A stretch of 32,000 nt of DNA from Candidatus Saccharimonadota bacterium (GCF_014857065.1 NZ_CP046533.1:510001-542000); one strand, 5' to 3'; shown: positions 20,855 through 30,761, counted from the first letter of the stretch. A program made the numbers and translations. Notes: a model not told the origin generated them from the sequence alone.

Positions 20855-20927
20855 GGGGCTATAGCTCAAGTGGTAGAGCACCTGTTTTGCACGCAGGGGG
20901 TTAGCGGTTCAATTCCGCTTAGCTCCA
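20855..20927 (+). tRNA. alaT: tRNA-Ala (anticodon UGC)
   Basis: Hand-folded cloverleaf: acceptor GGGGCTA/TAGCTCC with the G3:U70 alanine identity pair, and anticodon loop TTTGCAC. It is near-identical to E. coli tRNA-Ala(UGC). The next three bases are TTG, so no CCA is encoded. Confidence 0.93.
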
Positions 20928-21236
20928 TTGGGGTTTCTAAGAATTTGATATAGTAGATAATTGGTCAAGAAGGTTATATATATTCAGTGTATTATATATG
21001 TGTTTAACTATTTTTTTGTTTGTTTTATTTTATTTTGTTTTATTTTATACATTTGAATTATAAGTTGATGTGTTTTTTGATTCAATATGAATTCCATAAT
21101 GAATGATTATGATTGTTTGTTTAAAAGGTTTGTTTATGTTTGTTATTTAAATATTAAAATTCAGTAACGTTATGAAATAAGTTTCAAATAAGCATATTAT
21201 TTATAATATTATGTTCAAGTGTTACGTCAATTTTAT

Positions 21237-21310
21237 GGTGCGGTAGTTCAGATTGGTAGAATATTGGCCTGTCACGCCAGGGGTCGCGGGTTCGAATCCC
21301 GTCCGCACCG
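21237..21310 (+). tRNA. aspT: tRNA-Asp (anticodon GUC)
   Basis: GGTGCGGTAGTTCAG...CCTGTCACG...GGGTCGCGGGTTCGAATCCCGTCCGCACCG is close to E. coli tRNA-Asp, with acceptor GGTGCGG/CCGCACC fully paired. No CCA is encoded. Confidence 0.93.
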
Positions 21311-21329
21311 TTGTTTCATTTTTTAAGTT

Positions 21330-21402
21330 AGGGGTGTAGTTCAATCGGTAGAGCATCGGTCTCCAAAACCGGGAGTTGGGAGTTCAAGTCTCTCCACCCC
21401 TG
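21330..21402 (+). tRNA. trpT: tRNA-Trp (anticodon CCA)
   Basis: AGGGGTGTAGTTCAATCGGTAGAGCATCGGTCTCCAAAACCGG...GGGAGTTCAAGTCTCTCCACCCCTG is close to E. coli tRNA-Trp. It lies 19 nt after tRNA-Asp, as in the aspT-trpT pair distal to E. coli rrnC. No CCA is encoded. Confidence 0.93.
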
Positions 21403-21508
21403 ATCAGGATATAATAAAGAGGGTTCTATTTTGTGTTGTTGTTGCTTAAGTATAATAATGATAATTATTTAAAGTTATGAACATTTAGTTCATTTAAAGG
21501 TTTTTATT

Positions 21509-21799
21509 TTGGATAGTTTTTTTACTAAGAACCGTTATTTTGATAACCAATATTATCCTCGTGGGTTTTCTAGATATGGTCTTTTTACTATTAAAGAAGC
21601 TAGATTATTGGAAATTTATGGATACGCTTATAATGAATTGAATAATGGTAAAAGAATTCCAATAACTGAAGAAGAGACTCGATTTGTTGCTGTTTGTCAA
21701 GGAAAGTTAGCACCTGTTACTAAACATGAAAAGGTGTGGTCAAAATATATTAAATATATTACATGTCCAAAAAAAATTCATACGCTTTTTCAAAAGTGA
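21509..21799 (+). CDS. maoP: YifE/MaoP family protein (Ori-macrodomain organiser in E. coli)
   Basis: TTG start. [52 protein letters not shown]...PVT..EKVWSKY is colinear with E. coli YifE. Its position between aspT-trpT and ilvG is conserved. Confidence 0.88.
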   Translation: MDSFFTKNRYFDNQYYPRGFSRYGLFTIKEARLLEIYGYAYNELNNGKRIPITEEETRFVAVCQGKLAPVTKHEKVWSKYIKYITCPKKIHTLFQK

Positions 21800-22311
21800 A
21801 TGCTTAAGTTGATTTATTGTAGATAAGGTAGAAAGTTAAAAGCTGGTTAATCCTGAATATACCAGGTGTTGACTTTAATAAAGAAATATTGAATGTTTTA
21901 GTATATTAGTTGTTTATTATTCTGGTAAATGTATGGATTGTGAATGTGTTTTTGGTTTAATAATTTTAGTTAAATTTACTAATATGTAGTTTTGTATTAT
22001 TGAGTGACTTTGCTTCTTCAATTTTTTGTTCATTAGCATTTTATATGTCTAGTATCCTCGCAATTAAGGTTCTTTTTGTTAAGGTATTACTTGCGTATAT
22101 ATTTATTTACATGTATTTTATTTTAGGTGAAAGTTTTTTGTATTTAAATGTATTTTAGATTATTATATATTATAAGGTAGAAATTTAGTTTAATCTTTAT
22201 ATGAATTAAATAGTGAGCTTTATTTATAATTGAATGTGTCATTTTGTCATTTGTTATTATTTATGTTTGTTGTATTATTTAGCGTGTATAATTGTTGAGG
22301 ATTTAAGATTT

Positions 22312-23955
22312 ATGAATGGAGCTCAATGGATAATTAGAGCTATTAAAATGCAAGGCATAGATGTAGTTTTTGGTTATCCCGGAGGGGCTATTATGCCTAT
22401 ATATGATGCATTGTTAGATAGTGGAGTAGAGCATCTATTATGTCGTCACGAACAAGGCGCGGTTTTGGCTGCAATTGGGTATGCTCGTGCTATTGGTAAA
22501 GTTGGTGTTTGTTTGTCAACTTCCGGTCCTGGAGCTACTAATCTTATCACAGGTTTAGCAGATGCGTTATTGGATTCAGTACCTATAATAGCAATTACTG
22601 GTCAGGTTGGTTTAGATTTGATTGGTACTGATGCATTTCAAGAAGTGGATATGCTTGGTTTATCCTTGGCATGTACTAAGCATAGTTATTTAGTAGAGTC
22701 TTTGGAAGATTTACCTCGTATTTTTCATGAAGCATTTATTCTTGCTTGTAATGAAAGACCTGGACCGGTGCTAATTGACATACCTAAAGATATTCAACTT
22801 TCTGTTAGTAATTTACCGACTTGTAAATCATATATCAATAATGAATCTTATAACGTTTTAGATAAAGATATAGAATCAGCTCGTATAATGATAAGTCAAT
22901 CTAGTAGACCTGTATTATATGTTGGGGGTGGTGTAGGTATATCTGGCGGAGTACAGGTATTAAGAGAGTTTATACATAAAACTAGCATGCCGAATGTAGT
23001 TACTTTGAAAGGTCTTGGTGCTCCGAGTTATAAAAATTCTTATTATTTAGGTATGTTAGGTATGCATGGCAATAAAGCTGCAAATTTAGCAGTACAACGA
23101 TGTGATTTATTGATTGCAATAGGCGCCAGGTTTGACGATAGAGTTACTGGTAGATTGACTGAATTTGCACCAGTTGCTAAAGTTATTCATATTGATATTG
23201 ATCAGGCAGAATTAAATAAATTACGTCAGGTTAATATTTCTTTATTAGGGGATATTAAGGTTTTATTACCGATGTTGTTTCAATCGCTGTCTATTGATAT
23301 GTGGCTTAAAGAAGTACAAGAATTAAAGGAAAAATATCGTTGGTCGTATGAATCGGTTGGAGAATCAATTTACGCTCCATCTTTATTGCATGATATTAGT
23401 GAACGTGCGCCTATTAATACGGTGATTACTACAGATGTAGGACAGCACCAAATGTGGACTGCACAGCATATGTGTTTTAATAAGCCAGAAAATTTTATTA
23501 CTTCTAGTGGTTTGGGTACTATGGGTTTTGGTATACCAGCTGCTATAGGCGCTCAAGTTGCTCGTCCTACTGATATGGTGTTATGTATTTCCGGTGATGG
23601 TTCTTTTATGATGAATATTCAAGAATTAACAACCATTAAGAGAAAAAAATTACCAATAAAAATAGTTTTATTAGATAATCATCGTCTTGGTATGGTGAGG
23701 CAGTGGCAGCAATTATTTTTCAATAAACGTTATAGTGAAACTGCTCTTGCGGATAATCCAGATTTTCTTGGATTGGCAAGTTCTTTTGATATTCAAGGTT
23801 TACGAATTACTTATAAAAATGAAATAACTAATGCTCTTGATCTTTTATTTAATTTTCAAGGATCTTTTTTGTTACATGTAATTATTGATGAATTTGAAAA
23901 TGTTTGGCCATTAGTTCCTCCTGGTTCTAGTAATGAAATGATGTTGGAGGGATGA
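22312..23955 (+). CDS. ilvG: acetolactate synthase II, large subunit (intact)
   Basis: From ATG 22312 the protein is [34 protein letters not shown]..., 547 aa, matching the E. coli IlvG N-terminus MNGAQWVV. SD GAGG lies at 22297..22300. The ThDP motif [14 protein letters not shown] is present. The track start at 22234 adds 26 unsupported residues. Confidence 0.95.
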   Translation: MNGAQWIIRAIKMQGIDVVFGYPGGAIMPIYDALLDSGVEHLLCRHEQGAVLAAIGYARAIGKVGVCLSTSGPGATNLITGLADALLDSVPIIAITGQVGLDLIGTDAFQEVDMLGLSLACTKHSYLVESLEDLPRIFHEAFILACNERPGPVLIDIPKDIQLSVSNLPTCKSYINNESYNVLDKDIESARIMISQSSRPVLYVGGGVGISGGVQVLREFIHKTSMPNVVTLKGLGAPSYKNSYYLGMLGMHGNKAANLAVQRCDLLIAIGARFDDRVTGRLTEFAPVAKVIHIDIDQAELNKLRQVNISLLGDIKVLLPMLFQSLSIDMWLKEVQELKEKYRWSYESVGESIYAPSLLHDISERAPINTVITTDVGQHQMWTAQHMCFNKPENFITSSGLGTMGFGIPAAIGAQVARPTDMVLCISGDGSFMMNIQELTTIKRKKLPIKIVLLDNHRLGMVRQWQQLFFNKRYSETALADNPDFLGLASSFDIQGLRITYKNEITNALDLLFNFQGSFLLHVIIDEFENVWPLVPPGSSNEMMLEG

Positions 23956-23959
23956 TATT

Positions 23960-24196
23960 GTGCATTATTCTTTTTTTATTGAGGCTAGATTTTGTCCGGA
24001 AATAACAGAGCGTATTTTACGAATAATACGACATCGTGGTTTTAGATTATATTCTTTGAATGTGCAATTGCAAGGTAATAAAGTTGAAAACAAAATTATT
24101 AATCTTTTTATTACTGTTGTTAGTAATCGTTCTGCTAATTTATTGTTTTTTCAGTTGAAAAAACTTGTAGATATTATTTATATCGAGTTTAGATAA
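23960..24196 (+). CDS. ilvM: acetolactate synthase II, small subunit
   Basis: GTG start 4 nt after the ilvG stop, with SD GGAGGGA at 23947..23952. ARFCPEITERILRIIRHRGF...LFFQLKKLVDI matches E. coli IlvM (ARFNPETLERVLRVVRHRGF...LFSQLNKLVDV). Confidence 0.88.
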   Translation: MHYSFFIEARFCPEITERILRIIRHRGFRLYSLNVQLQGNKVENKIINLFITVVSNRSANLLFFQLKKLVDIIYIEFR

Positions 24197-24251
24197 CTTT
24201 AGATGTTGTTGTATGTGTAGGTTTTTAGTGTTTTTATTAGTAGAGGATATA

Positions 24252-25175
24252 ATGGAAATAGGAAGAGCGAATTTTATTTGGTTAAACGGTGAAATGGTTT
24301 TGTGGTCAGAAGCTAAAGTACATGTTATGTCACATTCTTTGCATTATGGTTCATCTATATTTGAAGGAATACGTTGTTATGATTCTTATAGGGGTTCTGT
24401 ATTGTTTCGTCATCGAGATCATATAAATCGTTTAATGGATTCTGCTAAAATATATCGTATACCTATTAACATGACTGTTGATGAGTTAATGGATGTCAAT
24501 CGATATGTTTTGCGTAAAAATAATTTAACTAATGGTTATGTTAGACCGTTAGTATTTATAGGTGATGTTGGTATGGATATTAATCCTCCTTTAAATTATC
24601 AGGTAAATATTGCAATTGCTGCTTTTTCTTGGAATTTTTATTTAGGCGATGCTTATTTTTTGAAAGGTATTGATACGATAGTTTCGTCTTGGAATCGTGT
24701 TTCTCCTAATACCATTCCGACTATTTCTAAAGCCGGAGGTAATTATTTATCATCTATTTTGATTGGTGAGGAGGCTCGTCGTCTTGGTTATCAGGAAGCT
24801 ATAGCTCTAGACTCTTATGGTTATGTAGCTGAAGGTCCTGGTGAAAATTTGTTTGAAATTAAAGATAATATTTTGTTAACTCCGCCGCCTTCATCTTCTA
24901 TTTTACCGGGAATAACTAGGGATACTATTATTAAATTAGCGAAATATATCGGTTTAGAGGTAAAGGAACAGGTATTATCTCGTGAATCTTTATATTTATC
25001 AGACGAAGTTTTTATGTCTGGAACAGCTGCTGAAATTGTTCCTATTCGTAGTATAGATGGAATACAAATTGGTGTCGGAAGATGTGGTCCGATTACTGAA
25101 AGATTACAAAGTATGTTTTCTGGTTTATTTACAGGAGAAATTCAAGATCAATGGAAATGGTTAGATGTTATATAA
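24252..25175 (+). CDS. ilvE: branched-chain amino acid aminotransferase
   Basis: From ATG 24252 (SD GAGGA at 24243..24247) the protein is MEIGRANFIWLNGEMV.W..AKVHVMSH.LHYG.S.FEGIRCYDS... AGGNYLSS, GENLFE, LPGITRD and FMSGTAAEI.P.RS.DG are colinear with E. coli IlvE (309 aa). Confidence 0.95.
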   Translation: MEIGRANFIWLNGEMVLWSEAKVHVMSHSLHYGSSIFEGIRCYDSYRGSVLFRHRDHINRLMDSAKIYRIPINMTVDELMDVNRYVLRKNNLTNGYVRPLVFIGDVGMDINPPLNYQVNIAIAAFSWNFYLGDAYFLKGIDTIVSSWNRVSPNTIPTISKAGGNYLSSILIGEEARRLGYQEAIALDSYGYVAEGPGENLFEIKDNILLTPPPSSSILPGITRDTIIKLAKYIGLEVKEQVLSRESLYLSDEVFMSGTAAEIVPIRSIDGIQIGVGRCGPITERLQSMFSGLFTGEIQDQWKWLDVI

Positions 25176-25231
25176 TTGTGGAAATATTTTAAAATTGATG
25201 TTGTTTTTATATAACTGGATTTCTGAATTCG

Positions 25232-27082
25232 ATGATTAGATATCGTTCTTTTACTACTACCTATGGTCGTAGCATGTTTGGAGCTCGTGCATTATGGCGT
25301 GCTACAGGAATGACTGATAGTGATTTTGGCAAACCAATTATTGCTGTAGTTAATTCTTTTACTCAATTTGTTCCTGGACATATTCATTTACGTAATGTTG
25401 GACAATTAGTTGCTCAGCGTATTGAACTGTGTGGTGGTATAGCAAGAGAATTTAATACTATTGCAATAGATGATGGTATTGCTATGGGTCATGATGGTAT
25501 GTTGTATTCTTTGCCATCTAGGGATCTTATTGCTGATTCTGTAGAATATATGATAAATGCGCATTGTGTAGATGCTATGGTTTGTATATCTAATTGTGAT
25601 AAAATTACTCCTGGTATGTTAATGGCAGCGTTACGATTAAATATTCCAACTGTTTTTGTATCTGGTGGCCCTATGGAATCTGGTAAGGTAAAATTATCAA
25701 ATGAATTTATAAAACTTGATTTAGTTGATGCTATAACCTTTGGTGCTGATATCAATAATTCGGATTTGGATCGTGAACGTGTTGAAAAAAGTGCATGTCC
25801 TACATGTGGCTCTTGCTCTGGAATGTTTACTGCCAATTCAATGAATTGTTTGATGGAGGCTTTGGGTTTAGCTCAACCTGGTAATGGTTCTCTTTTGGCT
25901 ACTCATGTTGATCGTAAGGAATTGTTTTTAAGTGCTGGTGATATTATCCTTAATCTTACTAAACGTTATTATAAACAAGATGATCATAAAGTTTTGCCTA
26001 GGTATATAGCCAATAAGGATGCGTTTGAGAATGCTATGATGTTAGATATTGCTATGGGTGGTTCTACTAATACCGTTTTGCATCTTTTAGCTGCTGCACA
26101 AGAAAGTGATGTAAATTTTACAATGGCTGACGTTGATCGTTTATCTCGAATTGTTCCGCATTTATGCCAGGTGTCTCCTAATACAAAAAAATATTATATG
26201 GAAGATGTTCATCGCGCAGGAGGTGTATTAGCTATTTTAGGTGAATTAGATAGAGTTGGATTATTGCATCGTGAAGTTTATAATATTCTTGGTTTATCGT
26301 TATCTGAAACTTTAATGAATTATGATATAATGGTTAGTCGTAATGAGTCTATTAGAAAAATGTATTCTGCCGCTCCTGCTGGATTGCATACTATTCAAGC
26401 TTTTTCTCAAAATTGTCGTTGGTCTACATTAGATGTTGATCGTCGTAATGGTTGTATTAGGTCTTGTGATTGGTCATATAGTGTAGATGGTGGTTTAGCA
26501 GTATTATATGGTAATATTGCTATGGATGGTTGTATTTTAAAAACAGCTGGGATTGATAAAAATCTTCAAATATTTAATGGTTTTGCAAGAGTTTATGATA
26601 GTCAAGAGGATGCTGTACAAGGTATTCTTTCTGGTAAAGTTTTAAAGGGTGATATAGTAGTTATTCGTTATGAAGGACCTAAGGGTGGTCCGGGTATGCA
26701 AGAAATGCTTTATCCAACATCTTTTCTTAAATCTATGAAATTAGATAGGAGTTGTGCTTTAATTACTGATGGTCGATTTTCAGGCGGAACTTCTGGTTTG
26801 TCTATAGGGCATATTTCTCCTGAGGCTGCTAATGGAGGTTTAATAGCATTGGTGCATGATGGTGATGTTATCAATATTAGTATTAAGGATCGCATTATAA
26901 CGTTAAATGTAACAGCTGAAGAATTAAAGATCCGTCATGAAATGGAATTATCTAGAGGTAGTAAGGCTTGGACGCCGCTTAAGCGGCGTCCAAGACAAGT
27001 TTCTTTATCATTGAAGGCTTACGCTTATTTAACAACTAGTGCTGATAGGGGTGCTATTCGTGATAAAAACAAGTTAGAATAA
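25232..27082 (+). CDS. ilvD: dihydroxy-acid dehydratase
   Basis: 616 aa, the same as E. coli IlvD. There are long identical runs: [133 protein letters not shown]. Confidence 0.97.
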   Translation: MIRYRSFTTTYGRSMFGARALWRATGMTDSDFGKPIIAVVNSFTQFVPGHIHLRNVGQLVAQRIELCGGIAREFNTIAIDDGIAMGHDGMLYSLPSRDLIADSVEYMINAHCVDAMVCISNCDKITPGMLMAALRLNIPTVFVSGGPMESGKVKLSNEFIKLDLVDAITFGADINNSDLDRERVEKSACPTCGSCSGMFTANSMNCLMEALGLAQPGNGSLLATHVDRKELFLSAGDIILNLTKRYYKQDDHKVLPRYIANKDAFENAMMLDIAMGGSTNTVLHLLAAAQESDVNFTMADVDRLSRIVPHLCQVSPNTKKYYMEDVHRAGGVLAILGELDRVGLLHREVYNILGLSLSETLMNYDIMVSRNESIRKMYSAAPAGLHTIQAFSQNCRWSTLDVDRRNGCIRSCDWSYSVDGGLAVLYGNIAMDGCILKTAGIDKNLQIFNGFARVYDSQEDAVQGILSGKVLKGDIVVIRYEGPKGGPGMQEMLYPTSFLKSMKLDRSCALITDGRFSGGTSGLSIGHISPEAANGGLIALVHDGDVINISIKDRIITLNVTAEELKIRHEMELSRGSKAWTPLKRRPRQVSLSLKAYAYLTTSADRGAIRDKNKLE

Positions 27083-27125
27083 ACTAAATTGAATTCAATT
27101 TAGTTTATTCTAACTTGTTTTTATC
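27062..27125. repeat. 64-bp perfect palindrome with no spacer, overlapping the ilvD stop; a possible oversized bidirectional terminator hairpin
   Basis: 27062..27093 (GATAAAAACAAGTTAGAATAAACTAAATTGAA) is the exact reverse complement of 27094..27125. I verified 32/32 pairs base by base, with the first mismatch at 27061/27126. The centre is GAATTC at 27091..27096. The left arm includes the last ilvD codons and the TAA at 27080..27082. The repeat itself is certain; its function is not. Confidence 0.9.
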
Positions 27126-27341
27126 TAAATTTAAATTTATATAATATTAGTTGTATTTTTTAAGATTTTTTAAATATTATATTTGTGTTATTTTTTATTT
27201 TTGCTTATTTGCATTAGAAACAAAATATGTTTTTGATAATTAGTATTTATAAAAAGAAAGTTCATTTAACATTTTAAATATTAGAATGTAATATCTGTTA
27301 TATTAACATTGAAATGGTGATTATAGAATATAGAGGTATTT

Positions 27342-28820
27342 ATGATTAATTACTTTAATACGCTGACTTTTCAAAAAAAAATAGAACATTTAGGTCAGTG
27401 TCGATTTATGGATCACAGTGAGTTTTCTTGTGCTGTAGATTGTTTGATGAATAAAAAAATTGTTATTGTTGGTTGTGGAGCTCAAGGTTTGAATCAGGGT
27501 TTGAACATGAGAGATTCTGGCTTAGATATCGTTTATGTTTTACGTAAAGAAGCAATTCTTGAAAAAAATGATTCTTGGCGTAGAGCAACATTACATGGTT
27601 TCAGATTAGCTAGTTATGAAGAAGTTATTCCAGAAGCAGATTTAGTAATCAATTTAACACCAGATAAACAGCATTCTAATGTTTTAAGAATGTTACAACC
27701 ATTAATGAAAAGTAATAGTGTTTTAGGATATTCTCATGGGTTTAATATTGTAGAAGTTGGTGAAAAAATTCGTAAGGATATTACGGTAATTATGGTAGCT
27801 CCTAAATCTCCTGGTAGTGAGGTTCGCGAAGAATATATGAGAGGATTTGGCGTTCCTACTTTAATTGCAGTACATTCAGAAAATGATTTAAATGAACAAG
27901 GGTTGATGTTTGCAAAAGGATGGGCCGCTGCAATTGGTAGTGATCGAGCTGGAGTATTAGAGTCATCATTTGTAGCAGAAGTAAAATCAGATTTAATGGG
28001 AGAACAAACAGTTTTATGTGGTTTATTGCAAGCTGGGTCTTTATTATCATTTAATAAAATGGTTGATGATGGCATTGATCGTATGTATGCGGCAAAATTA
28101 GTGCAATTTGGTTGGGAGATCATTGCTGAATCCTTAAAACATGGAGGTATTACATTAATGATGGATCGTTTATCTAATACTTCTAAATTGCGCGCTTTTA
28201 CTTTAGCAAATAAACTAAAAGAAATAATGTTACCTTTGTTTGAAAAACATATGAATGATATTATTAGTGGCGTATTTTCTCATTCTATGATGTTAGATTG
28301 GGAAGATAATGATAAAAAATTACTTAATTGGCGCCATCAAGTTAGTAATACTATGTTTGAAAGTACACCTACTTGTAGTGAAAAGATTAGTAATCAAATA
28401 TATTTTGATCATGGTGTACTTATGGTGGCTATGTTGAAAGCTGGAATAGAGTTAGCTTTTGAAATTATGATTAAGGTTGGTATCGATCCAAAATCAGCTT
28501 ATTATGAGTCATTGCATGAATTGCCGTTAATCGCTAATACAATTGCTCGCAAAAAGTTATATATGATGAATAAGACAATTTCTGATACAGCTGAGTATGG
28601 GTCTTATTTATTTTCGAATAGTTTAATTTCATTGTTACAGGAGGATTTTATTGCGAGTTTACAACAAGGAGATTTAGGTCAATCAATTATTGAAAAAAAG
28701 GTGGATAATATTCAATTACGTAATGTTAATGATGATATTCGTTCTCATTCTATCGAAAAAATTGGCGCACAATTGCGTTTGTATATGATAAATATGAAGG
28801 ATATTACAAAAGGTAGGTAA
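27342..28820 (+). CDS. ilvC: ketol-acid reductoisomerase (class II, long form)
   Basis: 492 aa against 491 in E. coli. [103 protein letters not shown] and [18 protein letters not shown] are conserved. SD AGAGG lies upstream. Confidence 0.97.
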   Translation: MINYFNTLTFQKKIEHLGQCRFMDHSEFSCAVDCLMNKKIVIVGCGAQGLNQGLNMRDSGLDIVYVLRKEAILEKNDSWRRATLHGFRLASYEEVIPEADLVINLTPDKQHSNVLRMLQPLMKSNSVLGYSHGFNIVEVGEKIRKDITVIMVAPKSPGSEVREEYMRGFGVPTLIAVHSENDLNEQGLMFAKGWAAAIGSDRAGVLESSFVAEVKSDLMGEQTVLCGLLQAGSLLSFNKMVDDGIDRMYAAKLVQFGWEIIAESLKHGGITLMMDRLSNTSKLRAFTLANKLKEIMLPLFEKHMNDIISGVFSHSMMLDWEDNDKKLLNWRHQVSNTMFESTPTCSEKISNQIYFDHGVLMVAMLKAGIELAFEIMIKVGIDPKSAYYESLHELPLIANTIARKKLYMMNKTISDTAEYGSYLFSNSLISLLQEDFIASLQQGDLGQSIIEKKVDNIQLRNVNDDIRSHSIEKIGAQLRLYMINMKDITKGR

Positions 28821-28953
28821 AGTTTGTGTAGTTAGGATTTTATTTTTATTTATGCATTTATGGTATTCTGAATAATTAGTGTATTTTAGGTGTGCTAGAA
28901 GTATATGGATCTGAGTTAATTATTTTAGTTTTCTGAATATCTTGGAGTTCGAA

Positions 28954-29286
28954 ATGAATAGTGAGATTCTTTGTTTAAATGACTCTAATTTCAATAAAAA
29001 TGTGATAGATTTGAGCAGTAAGTGTTTGTTTTTGGTTGATTTTTGGGCGGAATGGTGTAATCCTTGTAAAATTATTTCGTCAGTTTTAGATGATGTAGCA
29101 AAGGAATACATTGATAAATTAAGGGTTGCTAAATGTAACATTGATGAGAGTCCAATAACAACTAGGAAATATGGAATACGCAGTATTCCGACTTTGTTGT
29201 TGTTTAAATATAATGAAGTAATATCAACTAAAATTGGAGTTCTATCGAAAGGTCAATTAAGGGAGTTTTTAAATGTTTATTTATAA
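28954..29286 (+). CDS. trxA: thioredoxin 1 (active site WCNPC)
   Basis: From ATG 28954 (SD GGAG at 28944..28947) the protein is 110 aa. LVDFWAEWC.PCK, AKEY..KL.VAK.NID..P....KYGIR.IPTLLLFK and LSKGQL.EFL are colinear with E. coli TrxA. The track start TTG 28942 adds 4 residues. Confidence 0.93.
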   Translation: MNSEILCLNDSNFNKNVIDLSSKCLFLVDFWAEWCNPCKIISSVLDDVAKEYIDKLRVAKCNIDESPITTRKYGIRSIPTLLLFKYNEVISTKIGVLSKGQLREFLNVYL

Positions 29287-29501
29287 AATTATAAGTAAGA
29301 TTTATTTTGTAGTTAAGATATTATAGACTTAAGTAGAGAAATGTGTTATAAGGCTATTTGTTTAGATTTTACTAAGATATTTATGATATCTTTAATTCTT
29401 GCTTAGATTAAATTAGAGTTTTATTAAATTTCATAAATAAGATATTGGTTGAATTGTTTTGTGGTATTTATTTAATATAAGATTGGGATGTGCCCGCCAT
29501 T

Positions 29502-30761
29502 ATGAATCTTACCGAACTAAAAAATATCTCTGTTTCTGAGCTGGTCACTTTGGGAGAAAGTATGGGCTTGGAAAATTTAGCTCGTATGCGAAAACAGGAT
29601 ATTATCTTTGCTATTCTTAAACAACATTCTAAAAGTGGTGAAGATATTTTTGGAAATGGTGTTTTGGAAATATTACAGGATGGTTTTGGTTTTCTTCGTT
29701 CTAGTGATAGTTCTTATCTCGCAGGACCAGATGATATTTATGTATCACCCAGTCAAATACGTCGTTTCAATTTACGTACAGGTGACACCATTTCTGGTAA
29801 AATTAGACCTCCAAAAGAAGGAGAACGTTATTTTGCATTGCTTAAAGTAAATGATGTCAATTATGATAAACCGGAAAATGCTCGTAGTAAAATTTTGTTT
29901 GAGAATTTGACTCCTTTACATGCAAATTCTCGTTTACGTATGGAAAGAGGTAATGGTTCTACAGAAGATTTAACTGCGAGAGTGTTAGATTTAGCTTCAC
30001 CTATAGGTCGTGGCCAACGTGGTCTTATTGTTGCTCCACCTAAAGCTGGTAAAACAATACTTTTGCAAAATATTGCTCAAAGTGTTGCTTATAATCATTC
30101 GGAATGCGTTTTAATAGTTTTGCTGATTGATGAACGCCCTGAAGAAGTTACGGAAATGCAGAGGTTGGTAAAAGGGGAGGTTATTGCATCTACTTTCGAT
30201 GAACCGGCTTCTCGTCATATACAGGTTTCTGAAATGGTTATTGAGAAAGCTAAACGTTTAGTGGAACATAAAAAAGATGTTATTATTTTATTGGATTCTA
30301 TTACTAGGTTGGCGCGTGCTTATAACACAGTAGTTCCAGCTTCTGGAAAAATTTTGACAGGAGGCGTAGATGCTAATGCATTACAACGTCCGAAGAGGTT
30401 TTTTGGTGCTGCGCGTAATATGGAGGAAGGTGGTAGTTTAACTATTATTGCTACTGCATTAATTGATACTGGTTCAAAAATGGATGAGGTAATTTATGAA
30501 GAATTTAAGGGAACAGGTAATATGGAATTACATTTGTCTCGTAGAATTGCAGAAAAGCGAGTTTTTCCAGCAATTGATTATAACCGTTCTGGTACTCGTA
30601 AAGAAGAGTTGCTTACTACTCAGGAAGAGCTTCAAAAAATTTGGATTTTACGTAAAATTATTCATCCTATGGGGGAAATTGATGCAATGGAATTTATGAT
30701 GAATAAACTATCAATGACTAAGACCAATGATGAATTTTTTAACATGATGAGGCGTTCTTAA
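29502..30761 (+). CDS. rho: transcription termination factor Rho
   Basis: From ATG 29502 the protein is 419 aa, the same as E. coli. [102 protein letters not shown] and Walker A APPKAGKT are conserved. It is the most conserved protein in the window. The track start GTG 29490 adds MPAI. Confidence 0.98.
   Translation: MNLTELKNISVSELVTLGESMGLENLARMRKQDIIFAILKQHSKSGEDIFGNGVLEILQDGFGFLRSSDSSYLAGPDDIYVSPSQIRRFNLRTGDTISGKIRPPKEGERYFALLKVNDVNYDKPENARSKILFENLTPLHANSRLRMERGNGSTEDLTARVLDLASPIGRGQRGLIVAPPKAGKTILLQNIAQSVAYNHSECVLIVLLIDERPEEVTEMQRLVKGEVIASTFDEPASRHIQVSEMVIEKAKRLVEHKKDVIILLDSITRLARAYNTVVPASGKILTGGVDANALQRPKRFFGAARNMEEGGSLTIIATALIDTGSKMDEVIYEEFKGTGNMELHLSRRIAEKRVFPAIDYNRSGTRKEELLTTQEELQKIWILRKIIHPMGEIDAMEFMMNKLSMTKTNDEFFNMMRRS

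Noticed and set aside
20547-21236. A search by eye for 16S/23S/5S rRNA or tRNA-Ile remnants flanking tRNA-Ala.
   Set aside because: I recognised no conserved rRNA start or end motifs. The segment 'ggtcaagaagg' near 20965 only vaguely recalls a 23S 5' end. This needs a covariance-model scan before anything can be claimed.
22045-22158. A 37-codon ORF (MSSILAIKVLFVKVLLAYIFIYMYFILGESFLYLNVF) upstream of ilvG, considered as a possible ilvL-type Ile/Leu/Val leader peptide.
   Set aside because: The + strand spacers are T/G-rich, so any ORF there is automatically rich in F/L/I/V/Y. It has no run of consecutive regulatory codons, no convincing SD, and no alternative terminator/antiterminator stems or GC-rich hairpin plus U-tract before ilvG. 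It is most likely chance.
22234-22311. Long N-terminal extensions offered by the ORF track for ilvG (26 aa), pfkA (13 aa, 12765..12803), ilvE (13 aa, 24213..24251), rpmE (6 aa), rho (4 aa), trxA (4 aa), metF (4 aa) and secB (1 aa).
   Set aside because: In every case an internal ATG reproduces the E. coli N-terminus and protein length and is preceded by a GAGG/GGAG-type SD at 5-12 nt. The extensions are hydrophobic translated spacer.
27091-27096. The GAATTC (EcoRI site) at the exact centre of the 64-bp palindrome, considered as a sign of a cloning or ligation artefact.
   Set aside because: Any even-length perfect palindrome must have a palindromic hexamer at its centre, so the site alone is not evidence of a vector or cloning junction. 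No vector-like sequence flanks it. The assembly-artefact possibility is kept as a check under the finding rather than asserted.
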